Assembly: GCF_964213995.1 (NCBI RefSeq)
Contig: NC_135827.1
Coordinates: forward strand, 20,336,001 to 20,400,000
Reading direction: 5' to 3'
Origin: Mustelus asterias
Lineage: Eukaryota
Length of the DNA stretch: 64,000 nt
Shown here: in pieces, positions 1-13,070 of the stretch
How positions within the stretch are numbered: the stretch's first letter is position 1
Layout: every line of letters begins with the position of its first letter
Made by a program: the position numbers and the translations under genes
Notes under the pieces: model-generated
Databases searched by the model: none
What the model saw: the letters and a program-made list of their open reading frames with translations, nothing else
What the model was told of the DNA's origin: nothing

Positions 1-124
1 GATATGGGAAGATGGGGGGATCAGGATATTGAAATCAATGATCAGCCATGATCAAAATGAATGGCGGAGCAGGTGCGAAGGGCCAAATGGCCTACTCCTG
101 CTTCTATTTTCTATGTTTCTATGT
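1..124 (+). mobile_element. CR1/HER1 LINE 3' end
   Basis: gatcagccatgat...gaatggcggagcagg...ggccaaatggcctactcctgcttcta followed by a (TTTCTATG)n tail; same 3' end as 24165-24319 and 54277-54450. Confidence 0.85.
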
Positions 125-344
125 CTCCACCAATATCACATACACCTATGTATAGGCTTCGTTGTTTAAGATTACATATGAGAAATGGCTAACAGAATGA
201 AGTGGCTGAGGTTGTTAATACCTTTTAAACCCAATTTAAGGATGATGAGTAAATGGGGAACAAAACAAGAAAGAGAAATAAGAGTTCCAGAAATTGAAGC
301 TGAGAAATCCATTACAATCGTCCCTCGCTCAGGACTTTTCCACT

Positions 345-533
345 TCTAAGCCCTTGCCACCCTTGGTGCTTCCTCCAAGTGGTGTTCAACAAAGAGGATT
401 ACTGTTCTATCAGTTAATGGTGGGTAGTAGGTGGTAACTCAGGGGATTTCTTGTCCACGTATACTCTGACGTATGAGACCTCATGGGGTCCAGAGTCAAT
501 AATGAGGATTCCCAAGGTACACTCCCTTCAATT
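345..533 (-). mobile_element. Old LINE APE-endonuclease fragment, inverted relative to 1867-2055
   Basis: Reverse complement aligns with 1867-2055 and with the endonuclease segment at 28560-28830 (EGVxLGVLNIDS...EHHLEEALRVAR-like). Confidence 0.75.
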
Positions 534-650
534 CCCAAGGATTACCTATTTTGCTGCAAATAGTCCAGACCAAAAATCCTTGCTCGATGTATTTCTTTGT
601 TAGGAAATAATTTAATTAGTTCAACTTTATATTTCTTAAATGTGACAAAT

Positions 651-1074
651 GAATCCCTACAATGCAGAAGGAGGCCAATCGGCCCATCGGGCCTGCGCTG
701 TCAACAATCCCATCCAGTGCCTATCCACGCAACCCCATGTATTTGCCCTGCTAATCCTTCTGACATTAAGGGTGGGATTTTACGACCTCGCTCGGGTGGG
801 GCCAACAGAGATTTCTGTTCTGGGAACTTTGCCCACCCCGATTCCGGGGCAGGTAAGGCACTACAGTTTCAGCCGAAGGGTCAATTTAGCATGGCCAATC
901 CACCCAACCTGCACATCTTTGGACTGTGGGAGGAAACAGGAGCACCTGGAGGAAACCCCCACTGACATGGGAGAATGTGCAAACTCCACACACAGTTGCC
1001 TGAGACCGGAATTGAACCCAAATCCCTGGCGCTGTGAGGCAGCAGTGCTGACCGCTGTGCCACTGTGTCACCCA
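651..1074 (-). mobile_element. V-SINE (HE1-like, tRNA head, CR1-type tail) interrupted by a MITE
   Basis: Reverse complement has the ggcacagcggtcagcactgctgcctcacag head, gtggagtttgcac...ggtttcctcc V-domain and gtagggattc tail. Confidence 0.9.
771..875. mobile_element. Short Harbinger-like MITE inside the SINE
   Basis: ggtgggattttac...tttcagccg interrupts the SINE motif gacactaagggtcaattt; 3-bp duplication aag at 768-770 and 876-878. Confidence 0.65.
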
Positions 1075-1825
1075 GAATCATAAAGATCCTGAAGTAAAAA
1101 CTTGTACAAATGTGCTTGTAAAATATCAATGTGCATGAGCAATATACAATAGAAGTATTGGGATTACAGCTTTGACATATCGCGGAGAATGCTTGCTAAC
1201 ATGACAAAGTAGAACAAACCAGGCCTCAGTGCAATGTTTTATTGCTTACATATAGCTGATGAGAAAGGATATTGCCAGGGATTTAATACTGTAGGCATCT
1301 GGAAAATTCCCAGTGGGAGTTTAAGCTGTACCTGAACTGAATAACTGATAATGTAGAATTCAGCCCAATCCCACGTTGGAACAAAGAACACTTCAAATTG
1401 CAGAATTCATTCTACGGGCAGAATTTCAAGTGACTGGAAAGAGCAGAAAGCTCACAGACTGACAGACTGATGTTGTGGCAAATTTTGTAAGAGAGACTGT
1501 GACAGCACCTAAGGATTCTTTTATTTTTAGTTTCTCTGGCTACAGAAATGAAACAAAAAATAAATTGCCTTCTCTCTGCCCTTGGGCACACCGACATTAA
1601 TTCACTGCTTTACCATCACTTTTGCAAATTCTGTTCCAAAATGTTTGTACATCAAAAGCGAAGAATGTTTATGTGAAACATCCATTTAAGACCCAGATTT
1701 CCACTATTTAGCAGTAGTTTACATACAACAGTGGTGTTTTAAAACTTTGCATGATGCCATACTCTTTGCTATGAAGGTGATAGCAGTCAGTGGAATCCTG
1801 CTAATCCACTAAATAGTGATGGAAC

Positions 1826-2070
1826 AGCAGGACAGAACCAGCAGAGGTGGCGGCGCAGTGGTACATAATTGGAGGGAGTTGCTTTGGGAGTCCTCATTGT
1901 TGATTCTGGACCCCATGAGGTATCATACGTCAGGGTATACGCAGACAAGGAACCCCCTGGGTTACCACCTACTGCCTACCCTTAACTGATAGATCAGTAA
2001 TCTTCTATGTTGAACACCACTTGGAGGAAGCACCAAGGGTGGCAAGGGCACAGAATGTATTCCGGGTGGG
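1826..2070 (+). mobile_element. Old LINE APE-endonuclease fragment
   Basis: Frameshifted QDRxSRGGGxVV...GVALGVLxVDSGPHEVS...EHHLEEA homology to 28560-28870. Confidence 0.7.
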
Positions 2071-3623
2071 GCCAGGGAGAGACATTGTGGGTCTTAATGC
2101 TTCTCCTCTTTCCGAACCCCTTATTCACCACAAACCCCCCCTCCCCCTCCCCCCCCCCCCCCCCCGCCACCCCCTTCAAATCAAGCACGCATGATATATT
2201 TCGCCCCTTCATGAATCACCAATCAATTCACCAAACAATCATAGAAAGATCTTAGTAAACTGATGTCGCCTATTTTTTGGCTCTTTGTCACAAATATTGT
2301 TCGATCTATACATAGCATGCGTCATTAATATTAAGAGCAGCAATGATATAATGCAGTGTTAGTTCATGTGTATCCTTTAAGTGATCCCACTGTGACTATT
2401 AAACAAACCAGAGAGTACAATTTTTACTTTATCAGCATTATGCAATATTGTTAATATGACAGGAGAATAATCCATTAGTTAATTATGACACTGTGCAGAC
2501 AATAGCACTGCTTTCAGTGACTGCCTCAGCCTTCATTAATATGTTCTGCATATTGCACCATATGGACACGTTGACAGCAAATTCATGTTTAGGGGAAAGA
2601 TTCAATCCTTGCAACCCCGATAAACAGTACAAGATCTTCTCCGTTCTGTAGAAGAATTAGAAAATGTCTTTCTCCTGCCTGAGTGCATATTATTCAACAT
2701 AATCATTTCATAGTAGGGGTTTCATTGGATTCTATTTTATCAGTAATAGCTCACAGGGTAAAAAGATCAAATGACCCTTGGGCAACAAAGTGGAATGATT
2801 GAACAACATAGATCTTCACTGTCAGTGAGAAGCATTGGCGTCCTCAGGTGTCTCTGTACAATAGAACTTTGAAGAGGCCAGAAGACAAGGGCTGAATGGT
2901 TTACAGTTGTATCTGTGTTTCCTTTATCAGCAAGTCTGAAACTTCTGCTGATTGCTGCTTCCCACTACAATATAGTTTCAAAATCAATGCAACATAACAT
3001 TATCATGATATTTTAATCTCATTAAAGTGCCAAGATAGAGTCAGATAATATGTAAATAGACAAAAGGCCAAGATCGAAGTCAATGGAAAAGACTCTTGAG
3101 AATCACATGCAGTGTAAAATATGACCCCATTCTTGTCCTGGCATTTTCAATTCACAAAGGCTGCTCATAGAAAACTCCCATTTGCAGCAAAACAAACAGA
3201 ACTCCACCCATGACTCTACCCTCTGTTTACAAGATAATTATGGATGACAAAGACCTTCTAACCCAGCTCACCTCATCCATCTGGAATGACATACGAACAT
3301 ATGTATTAGGAGCAGAAATAAGCCATTCGGCCCATCGAACCTGCTCTGCCATTTGAAAACATCACCTGTTTATGTCAAATAAAAAGTATCCAATTGGCTG
3401 GAAAGCAATTTAGAACATTGTGAAAGGTGCTAAATAAATGTAGGTTATGTTTTTCTTTTATTACACCTGCAGTAGGAAGAGTGACTGTAGCAATGGTGAA
3501 ATTAAAGGTCCAATACCAATAATTAATCACAAAGCTGATGTTAGGAAAGTAGCTACAAAGGAATCACTAATTTACAAAACAATGCAACTCTGTAGCTAAT
3601 ACAATCTTACCACTCTGACTTTG

Positions 3624-3958
3624 AATCGTAGAATCCCCAGTGCAGAAAGTGGCCATTAAGCCCATTGAGTCTGCACCAACATCATAACCAGGTCCACCCC
3701 ACACCCTATTCCTTTAACCCCATACATTTTACCCCGTTAATCCCCTAATCTACACACTAAGGGGCAATTGAGCATGGCCTATCCACCTAAGCTGCACATT
3801 TTTGGACAGTGGGAGGAAACCGGAACACCCGGAAGTAATCCATGCAGGCATGGGGATAATCTACAAACTCCGCACAGAGAGTCACCCAAGGCTGGATTGG
3901 ACCGGGTTCCCGATGCTGTGAGGCAGCAGTGCTAACCACTGTGCCATCGTGCTGCCCA
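3624..3958 (-). mobile_element. V-SINE (HE1-like)
   Basis: Full head, V-domain and CR1-type tail on the minus strand. Confidence 0.9.
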
Positions 3959-3980
3959 CTTCCCTGGAGCTAACCCATAA

Positions 3981-4997
3981 TAAGAACATAAGAACATAAG
4001 AAATAGGAGCAGGAGTAGGCCATCTAGCCCGTCGAGCCTGCCCCGCCATTCAATAAGATCATGGCTGATCTGAAGTGGATCAGTCCTAAGATGTCCTAAA
4101 ATGTGCGGGTTAGGTTGATTGGCCAGGTTAAAAAATTGCCCCTTAGAGTCCTGGGATGTGTAGGTTAGAGGGATTAGCGGGTAAAATATGTGGGGGTAGG
4201 GCCTGGGTGGGATTGTGGTCGGTGCAGACTCGATGGGCCGAATGGCCTCCTTCTGCACTGTAGGGTTTCTATGATTCTATGATCAGTTCCACTTACCCGC
4301 CTGATCCCTATAACCCCTAATTCCCTTACCGATCAGGAATCCATCTATCCGTGATTTAAACATATTCAACGAGGTAGCCTCCACCACTTCAGTGGGCAGA
4401 GAATTCCAGAGATTCACCATCCTCTGAGAGAAGAAGTTCCTCCTCAACTCTGTCCTAAACTGACCCCCCTTTATTTTGAGGCTGTGCCCTCTAGTTCTAG
4501 TTTCCTTTCTAAGTGGAAAGAATCTCTCCATCTCTACCCTATCCAGCCCCTTCATTGTCTTATAGGTCTCTATAAGATCCCCCCTCAGCCTTCTAAATTC
4601 CAACGAATACAAACCCAATCTGCTCAGTCTCTCCTCATAATCAACACCCCTCATCTCTGGTATCAACCTGGTGAACCTTCTCTGCACTCCCTCCAAGGCC
4701 AATATATCCTTCCGCAAATAAGGGGACCAATATTGCACACAGTATTCCAGCTGCGGCCTCACCAATGCCCTGTACAGATGCAGCAAGACATCTCTGCTTT
4801 TATATTCCATCCCCCTTGCGATATAGGCCAACATCCCATTTGCCTTCTTGATCACCTGTTGCACCTGCAGACTGGGCTTTTGCATCTCATGCACAAGGAC
4901 CCCCAGGTCCCTCTGCACAGCAGCATGTTGTAATTTCTTTCCATTTAGATAATAATCCAATTTGCTATTATTTCTTCCAAAGTGAATAACCTCGCAT
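3981..4997 (-). mobile_element. 5'-truncated young CR1 LINE (ORF2 C-terminus open, 4283-4960)
   Basis: RDLGVLVH...KKANGML...YRALVRPQLEYCVQYWSP...LEGVQRRFTR...RRLRGDLIE; (TAAGAACA)n tail at 3981-4000; 3'UTR split by a SINE. Confidence 0.95.
4086..4280 (+). mobile_element. 5'-truncated V-SINE inserted in the CR1 3'UTR
   Basis: atgtgcgggttagg...gggtttctatgattctat; gatcagt duplicated at 4078-4084 and 4281-4287. Confidence 0.85.
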
Positions 4998-5335
4998 TAT
5001 AGATTATAGATGGCATCTGCTCCTTTGACACTAATGACACTACCCCCAGGACTTGCCAACTAGACTTCTGCCAGCATCTTAGGGGAAATGTACAATAGAT
5101 TGAATTGTTGATCTGAATTTTTCAGAGAAGAATGATATAAGGTAGATAAATTCAGTATGACCTGGACTGAAGAACCTCTTCCCCAGAAACTGTCATACAA
5201 ATTGTATTGTACACTGTGAATTTACAGATAAAATAGGAAAATGTGATTAATAGATAAATTTCAATAGCAAGAAAAAGTGATGCCACTGCCACACCATCTC
5301 TGCCACCCACCACACCGACAGCCTCCAATCAGAAA

Positions 5336-5483
5336 AACGCGCTGGTTAGATACATTGGCCATGCTAAATTCTCCCTCAGTGTACCCAAACAGGTGCCGGA
5401 GTGTGGCAACTAGGGGATTGTCACAGTAACTTCATTGCAGTGTTAATGTAAGCCTACTTGTGACACCAATAAATAAACTTTAA
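5336..5483 (+). mobile_element. V-SINE family B, 3' half
   Basis: ggccatgctaaattctccctcagtgtaccc...gtaagcctacttgtgacaccaataaataaactt tail. Confidence 0.85.
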
Positions 5484-6031
5484 ACAATCTCTCCCCCACC
5501 CCTTCAATGAACCTAACCAAACCCCAACCTGTCCAACAGCCACCAACCTGCTGCCCATCCCTCAACATCCCCCAAAGCATCTCCGCCTTCCACCCCCACT
5601 CCTCCCACTCCATATCCAATTGGTTCTAAAATGGAGATTTACCTTATCATTTTTCAACCAAGAACACTCTCAGTTGCTATGTTGCTTCTGTTGATCTTCG
5701 GGCAGCTTTGTGGTTTTTCTGTTGGCTTTTAAAAAGAAGATTGGAATCATGAAGCTGCCCAAAGTTCGGAAGCAACAGCAGCAGCTCAGTGAATTTGACC
5801 TGGCACCGACAGACCGGCTTTTTAAAAACGGAACTCAGTCTGAAGGATCCAATTTTATTTCAGAAAAGTCACTTTTTCAGGTTTGCAGCTCTGTCTCTGG
5901 CTGTTCAGACTGGGAGATTACAAGAAACTCTGTTTAGAGCAAGACCAAAAATCCTTCCTCTTTGTGTTTCTTTGTTAATTAAGGAGATACCTTAATTACT
6001 TCAACTACATATTCCTTAAATATGTACAAAT

Positions 6032-6637
6032 GAATCATAGAATTCCTATAGTGCAGAAGGAGGCCATTAGCCCCATCGAGCCTGCACCGACAACAATCCC
6101 ACCCAGACTCTGTCCCTAGAACCCCACACATTTACCCTGGTAATCCCCCAACACAAAGGGTCAATTTAGCACCAGGGCAGCATGGTGGCGCAGTGGTTAG
6201 CACTTCTGCCTCACAGCGCCAGGGACCTAGGTTCGATTCCGGCCTTGATCACTGTCTGTGTGGAGTTTGCACATTCTCCGTGTGTCTGCGCGGGTTTCCT
6301 CCCACAGTCCAAAGATGTGCGGGTTAGGTTGATTGGCCATGCTAAAATTGACCCTAGTGTCAGGAGGATTAGCAGGGTAAAGGTGTTGGGTTACGGGAAT
6401 AGGGCCTGGGTGGGATTGTGGTTGCTACAGACTCGATGGGCCGAATGGCCTCCTTCTGTGCTGTGGGGATTCTATGATTCTAATCCACCCAAACTGTCGA
6501 TCTTTGTAGTGTGGAAGGAAACCGGAACACCCAGAGGAGAATGTACAAACCCCACACAGTCACCCGAGTCCAGAATGGAACCCACGTCCCTGGTGTTGTG
6601 AGGCAGCAGTGTTAACCACTGTGCTACTGTGCCGCCA
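6032..6637 (-). mobile_element. V-SINE with an opposite-strand V-SINE nested at 6176-6481
   Basis: Minus-strand tail 6032-6172 and head 6482-6637 flank a complete plus-strand copy. Confidence 0.85.
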
Positions 6638-6651
6638 CTTGCGACTCCTTA

Positions 6652-6920
6652 AATGCTGAAGCGGTCTTTGTCCATGTGGAGCAAGATCTGAAAAACATTC
6701 AGTCTTTGGCTGTTAAGTGGCAAATAACATGTGTGCCACACAAGTGTCAGACAACGACCATCTCTAAAAAGACAGAATCCAGCCATCTGCCCTTGACATT
6801 TCATGGCATTACTGTCACTGAATGCAAACTATCACTAACCTACGTGTTACCATAGCCCAGGAACTGAAAAGGCTCAGCCATATAAATATAGCAAGCACAA
6901 CAACAGGCCAGAGGTTGGGA
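6652..6920 (+). mobile_element. Old CR1/L2-group LINE fragment downstream of RT
   Basis: Degenerate QDLxNIQxxAxKWQITxxPHKCQ...HLPLTF homology. Confidence 0.65.
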
Positions 6921-6921
6921 C

Positions 6922-8765
6922 AGTGACGGGTGTGGAATATGTAAGTGTGGTACAGGGAGGGATGCACAGTATGTCAGTGAGATACGGTGAGGGGTGTGGA
7001 GTATATCAGTGTGGTACAGTGAGGGGTGCGGAGTATATCAGTGTGGTACAGTGAGGGGTGCGGAGTATATCAGTGTGGCACAGTGAGGGGTGCAGAGTAT
7101 ATCAGTGTGGTACAGTGAGGGGTGCGGAGTATATCAGTGTGGCACAGTGAGGGGTGCGGAATGTATCAGTGTGGTACAGTGAGGGGTGCGGAGTATATCA
7201 GTGTGGCACAGTGAGGGGTGTGGAGTATATCAGTGTGGCACAGTGAGGGGTGTGGAGTATATCAGTGTGGTACAGTGAGGGGTGCGGAGTATATCAGTGT
7301 GGCACAGTGAGGGGTGCGGAGTATATCAGTGTGGTACAGTGAGGGGTGCGGAGTATATCAGTGTGGTACAGTGAGGGGTGTGGAGTATATCAGTGTGGCA
7401 CAGTGAGGGGTGCGGAGTATATCAGTGTGGTACAGTGAGGGGTGTGGAGTATATCAGTGTGGTACAGTGAGGGGTGCGGAGTATATCAGTGTGGTACAGT
7501 GAGGGGTGTGGAGTATATCAGTGTGGCACAGTGAGGGGTGTGGAGTATATCAGTGTGGTACAGTGAGGGGTGCGGAGTATATCAGTGTGGTACAGTGAGG
7601 GGTGTGGAGTATATCAGTGTGGCACAGTGAGAGGTGCGGAGTATATCAGTGTGGCACAGTGAGGGGTGCGGAGTATATCAGTGTGGTACAGTGAGGGGTG
7701 TGGAGTATATCAGTGTGGTATAGTGAGGAGTGAGGAGTATATCAGTTTTTATAAGGGGTGTTGGGTATATCAGTGTGGTATGGTGAGAGGTGCAGAGTAT
7801 ATCAGTGTGGAGTATATCAGTGTGATACAGGGAGGGGTGCGGAGTATATCAGTGTGATACAGGGAGGGGTGCGGAGTATGTCAGTGTGATACAGGGAGGG
7901 GTGCGGAGTATATCAGTGTGGTACAGTGAGGCGTGCAGAGTATATCATTGTGGAACAGGGAGGGCGTGCAGAGTATATCAGTGTGGTACAGTGAGGGGTG
8001 CAGTGTATATCATTGTGATACAGTGAGGGGTGCAGAGTATGTCAGTGTGGAATAGGGAGGGATGCAGAGTCTATCAGTGTGGTACAGTGAAGCGTGCAGA
8101 GTATATCATTGTGGTACAGTGAGGGGTGTGGAGTATATCAGTGTGGTACAGTGAGGGGTGCAAAGTGTATCAGTGTGGTATGGGGGGATGCAGAGTATGT
8201 CAGTGTGGTACAGTGAGGGGTGCGGAGTATATCAGTGTGGCACAGTGAGGGGTGCGGAGTATATCAGTGTGGTACAGTGAGGGGTGCAAAGTGTATCAGT
8301 GTGATACAGGGAGGGGTGTGGAGTATATCAGTGTGGTACAGTGAGGGGTGTGGAGTATATCAGTGTGGTATAGTGAGGAGTGAGGAGTATATCAGTTTTT
8401 ATAAGGGGTGTTGGGTATATCAGTGTGGTATGGTGAGAGGTGCAGAGTATATCAGTGTGATACAGGGAGGAGTGCGGAGTATATCAGTGTGGTACAGTGA
8501 GGGGTGTGGAGTATGTCAGTGTGATACAGGGAGGAGTGCGGAGTATATCAGTGTGGTGCAGTGAGGGGTGTGGAGTATGTCAGTGTGGTATAGGGAGGGA
8601 TGCAGAGTATATCAGTGTGGTACAGTGAGGGGTGCGGAGTATATCAGTGTGGTACAGTGAGGGGTGCGGAGTATATCAGTGTGGTACAGTGAGGGGTGCG
8701 GAGTATATCAGTGTGGTAGAGTAAGGGGTGCGGAGTATATCAGTGTGGTACAGTCAGGTGTGTGG
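6922..8765. repeat. 32-bp minisatellite, about 57 units
   Basis: Unit cagtgaggggtgcggagtatatcagtgtggta; periodicity 32 (e.g. 7021, 7053); no spacers. Confidence 0.95.
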
Positions 8766-8842
8766 AATTTAGCTGAGTACTTGTCAGCAGTATGAGGAAT
8801 ACGTCACAATTACAATGCGGGGGTGTAAAGGGTTTTAGTGTA

Positions 8843-9163
8843 GAATCATAAAATCCCTACAGTGCAGAAGGAGGCCATTCAGCCTATTGAGTCTTCACCA
8901 ACTCTCTGACAGAGCATCTGACCCATGTCCTATCCCCATGTATTTAACCCACCAATCCACCTAACCTACACATCTTTGGACACAAAGAGGCAATGTAGCA
9001 TGGCCAATCCATCTAACCAGCACGTCTTTCAGAATGTGGGAGGAAACCCATGCAGACATGGGGAGAACGTGCAATCCCCACACAGACAGTCACCCAAGGC
9101 CAGAATTGAACCTGGGTCCCTGGCGCTGTGAGGCAGCAGTGCTAACCACTGTGCACCCTGCCA
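8843..9163 (-). mobile_element. V-SINE (HE1-like)
   Basis: agaatcataaaatccctacagtgcagaag tail to gcagcagtgctaaccactgtg head. Confidence 0.9.
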
Positions 9164-9230
9164 TCCAATGTGTTACAATGCGGAGTGTAAAGGGTTTTAG
9201 TGTGTTACAATGTGGGGTGTAGAAGGTTTT

Positions 9231-9898
9231 GATTTGATTTAATCTATTATTGTCAAATGTATTAGTATATATTGAAAAATGTTGTTTCTTGCATGCTATA
9301 CAGACAAAACATATTGTTCATAGAGTACATAGGGGAGAAGGAAAGGAGAGGGTGCACAATATAGTGTTACAGCCATAGCTAGGGTGTAGAGAAAGATTGA
9401 TTTAATATAAGCTACATCCTTTAAAATGCTGTTGGCAGCAGGGAAGAAGCTGTTCTTGAGTCGATGGATACGTGATCTAAGACTTTTGTATCTTTTTCCC
9501 AATGGAAGAGGGTGGAAGAGAATATGTCCGGGTGTGTGGGATCCTTGATTATGCTGGTTCCTTTTCCGAGGCAGTGGGAAGTGTAGACGGAGTCAATGGA
9601 TGGGAGGCTGGTTTGCATGATCAACTGGGCTACGTTCACAACCTTTTGTAGTTTCTTACAGTCTTGGTCACAGCAGGAGCCATACCAAGCTGTGGTACAC
9701 CCGGAAAGTATGGTGCATCTGTAAAAATTGGTGAGAGTCATAGTGGACATGCCAAATTTCCTTAGCCTCCTGAGAAAGTAGAGGTTTTGGTGGGCTTTCC
9801 TAACTATAGCATGGGTGTGGAGGAACCAGGGCAGATTGTTGGCGATCTGGACACCTAGAAACTTGAAGCTCTCGACCATTTCCACTTCATCCCCATTG
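9231..9898 (-). mobile_element. Rex1/Babar-type LINE 3' portion
   Basis: VESFKFLGVQI...KAHQNLYFLRRLRKFGMS...FYRC...WYGSC...LKNSFFP; (ATCAA)n-type tail at 9231. Confidence 0.85.
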
Positions 9899-10687
9899 TT
9901 GGAGGCACTGAAGTTGATAGTGTGTTACAATGGAGGGTGCAAAGTGTTTAGCAGGTTAAAATGAGGGCATGTGATATATCATTTTTGTACAGTTGGGATA
10001 TGAGGCAGACAGTATCATTTCATCTTTAGCAGGAAAGAGAAAGGTTCAAAATCCCAGGCAACGGAAAACTCTGGAAACTATGATTTAAATAATATTGATT
10101 GCAATTCCTATTGGTAAAAAAATGCACATTGGGGAGTAATGAAAAATCACTGGCTTCAGCTAACTGAAGCTTAATTTGACAATTTTTGACCATTTGGATT
10201 AAATTGTTGATTTAATGGCTATTTTCAATTACCTCTGACATTAAATGCAGTAATTAACTATTTTTTCCAAACTGGATTCTAATAATTAATAAGCACTTTT
10301 TAAGGATCGCTGTTAGAATCGGCTGCTGAATAAAATCTGACTCCAGTTGCACATTCTTGAAATTATGTAAAATGAGTGCAGCATTAATTGAAAGATTGGA
10401 ACAGAAGACACTCATGGCTCAGTGCAGATTTCAGCAGGTGTAAATGCCGTTGGTTTCGTTAATCGGCTTCAGTTTAAATGGTAATCTGATGAAAAGCTAG
10501 TCTGTCTTTCTTCAGATACAACAGAACTGCTGACAGACAAAGGGCAGCTCTGTCCTCCTTTTCCATTGTTCCTGATCACTTAACAGACGTTTTGCTGAGT
10601 GGGCTTTCGTCCAAACGGCGTTAGGCTCCTTCCGTCTCAACCATCCCACCCCACCACCAAGCCGGCTACCGCTACAACCCCTACCTA

Positions 10688-11335
10688 GACACACACACAT
10701 ACACCCACAAACACATCCACACATACATTACCACTTACGCACCCACACACACGTGCACCACACCCACACACCACTTACACACACACATCAGACCACTTAC
10801 GAACACACATCAGACCACTTACACACACACACATGCATCACACCCATACACCACATACACACATGCACACAAACACAAACATCACACACACGCACACACA
10901 CCACACACCCAAAACACTCATACCCACAAATAAGTTTATTTATTTGTGTCACACATAGGCTTATATTAACATTGCAATGAAGTTACTGTGAAAATTCCCT
11001 AGCCTCCACACTCTGGCGCCTGTTCGGGTACACTGAGGGAGAATTTAGCGTGGCCAAAGCACCTAACCAGCACGTCTTTTGGACTGTGGGAGGAAACCGG
11101 AGCACCTGGAGGAAACCCACGCAGATATGGGGAGAACGTGCAGACTCCACACAGACAGTGACCCAAGTTGGGAATCGAACCCGGGTCCCTGGTGCTGTGA
11201 GACAGCAAACATACCGCACACTCACACATCACACCACTTACACACATCCACACACACACACACACAGACGGGCGCACATATACACATGCACACTCTCACA
11301 CACACACACAAGGCACACACACACACACTCACATA
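10688..11335. repeat. Imperfect CA-rich microsatellite split by a SINE
   Basis: (CA)n-like tracts at 10688-10925 and 11210-11335. Confidence 0.85.
10931..11207 (-). mobile_element. V-SINE family B
   Basis: aagtttatttatt...gtcac...ggcttat tail and V-domain on the minus strand. Confidence 0.9.
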
Positions 11336-12656
11336 TTTCTGCAGTTGCAGGAATTATTGTCACTGAGATCCTTGTAAGCTGACAACAGATATGACTTTTC
11401 AGTCTTAAAATTGTGATTATTCTTTGCAGATACCAAAACAAGCTTGTAGTGAAAAGCATTACAGTCTTAATACTGTGAAACTCACATTGCCATTGCTAGA
11501 TCCAATATATGAAGTGCTTCTTAATATTATCATGGGATAGTTATGTCTTTATGTAGTTCATTCATGAGTGCCCAAATTACAAAGACAAGAATAACACAGT
11601 CATGAATGAGCGATTCATTTCCTCCCAATTAAGGAACGAGCTTCAAATTTCAAATGGTTTATACATGTGAACATACTTACAAAATTGACAAGCGGGAAAC
11701 AATTCACTGGCCCATCGAGCCTGCCCTCGAATAGGGTGGCAGGACCTTCATGGCGGAACTCCTCTTCCCTCCCCCATACTCCCCAAGCGCCACTACAGCA
11801 AGGCTGAGGCAAAGAAATAGAGCCAGCAAAATCCTAGGGCCAATAAGGGCCAAAATGCTCTGAGAAATTCCTTTCCTACACCCTCAGTTACCGTAGAAAG
11901 GTCTTTTTGATCCTTTGCGCTCCTCGCATTCATGGTTATGCAGTGTCCTTCCATCCCCTGCTGAAACACTGGCAAAAGAAAGTAAGTCTATGAATGGGTG
12001 ATAAGCATGGAATTGGCAGTGTCACCCAGTTCCTGAAATTAAATAGAAAATGCAGCAAAATCCAGTCTGCTTTTTTCAGCAAAATACATCTCTTCTTGAA
12101 TGTAGCCTGAGAACTCAGCTGTCTGAATGCATATCTTCATCGAAAGTGTCAAATGTTTCATAATCCCTCAATTTGCTGCAGTTGAAAGCAACATAAGCTA
12201 GTTAACTAAAATTGACACTTCAATCCTTTCCCCCTAAATGTACCAAAACATACGCAAAAGATTTCTTCCGGCAACCTTTTAGTTTCTTCAATACCCCTGT
12301 AGTTATGTAAGACCCCTGTAGAGATGAAAGGAGACATTAAGATAAGTAAGTTGCATTGAATTTTTTGAAAGAATTCCAATGGTTTTAGCTTTCCAATCAG
12401 TTCTGGTAGTTTATCAATTGATTCTGGAGATGTGGACGAACCCAAGAAAGGTCAGTATAGATTGGCCATCCCTTGTTGCCCTTGAGAAGTTGGTGGTGAA
12501 CTTTTTGTTAAACCTCTATGGTCCACTTGCTGAAGTTCCCCCTAATTGCTTTGTTTTGATTGTTTATGGGATGTGCCAGCATTGGAAGAAGCATTGGCAA
12601 ATTGCTGTCATGCATCACACAGATAATGTACGTTGCAGTTGCATTATTTGGCATTT

Positions 12657-13025
12657 GGGCGAGGCAACGTCCTAGTGGTATTATCGCTAGAGTGTTAGTC
12701 CAGAAACTCAGCTAATGTTCTGGGGACCCGGGTTTGAATCCCACCATGGCAGATGGTGGAATTTGAATTCAATAATAAAAACAATCTGGCATTAAGAATC
12801 TACTGATGATCACAAAACAATTGTCAATTGTCAGAAAAACTCATCTGCTTCATTAATGTCCTTTAGGGAAGGAAATCTGCCATCCTTACCTGGTCTGGTC
12901 TACATGTCTGGTCTCCAGAGCCACAGCAATGTGGTTAACTCTCAACTGCCCTCGGGCAACTAGGGATGGGCAATAAATGCTGGCCAGCCAGCAATGCCCA
13001 TGTCCCATGAATGAACAAAAAAAAA
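12657..13025 (+). mobile_element. tRNA-derived SINE family C
   Basis: cctagtggtattatcgctag...gggtttgaatccc (A/B boxes), gggcaataaatgctggcc...atgaatgaac-polyA; related copies elsewhere in window. Confidence 0.85.
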
Positions 13026-13070
13026 TTGTATGTAATAATAAACATTAGAGAGATCTTGAGATACAATGGA

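Noticed and set aside
6922-8765. 32-bp periodic array as a possible CRISPR
   Set aside because: Units are head-to-tail with no unique spacers, there are no cas genes, and the context is eukaryotic
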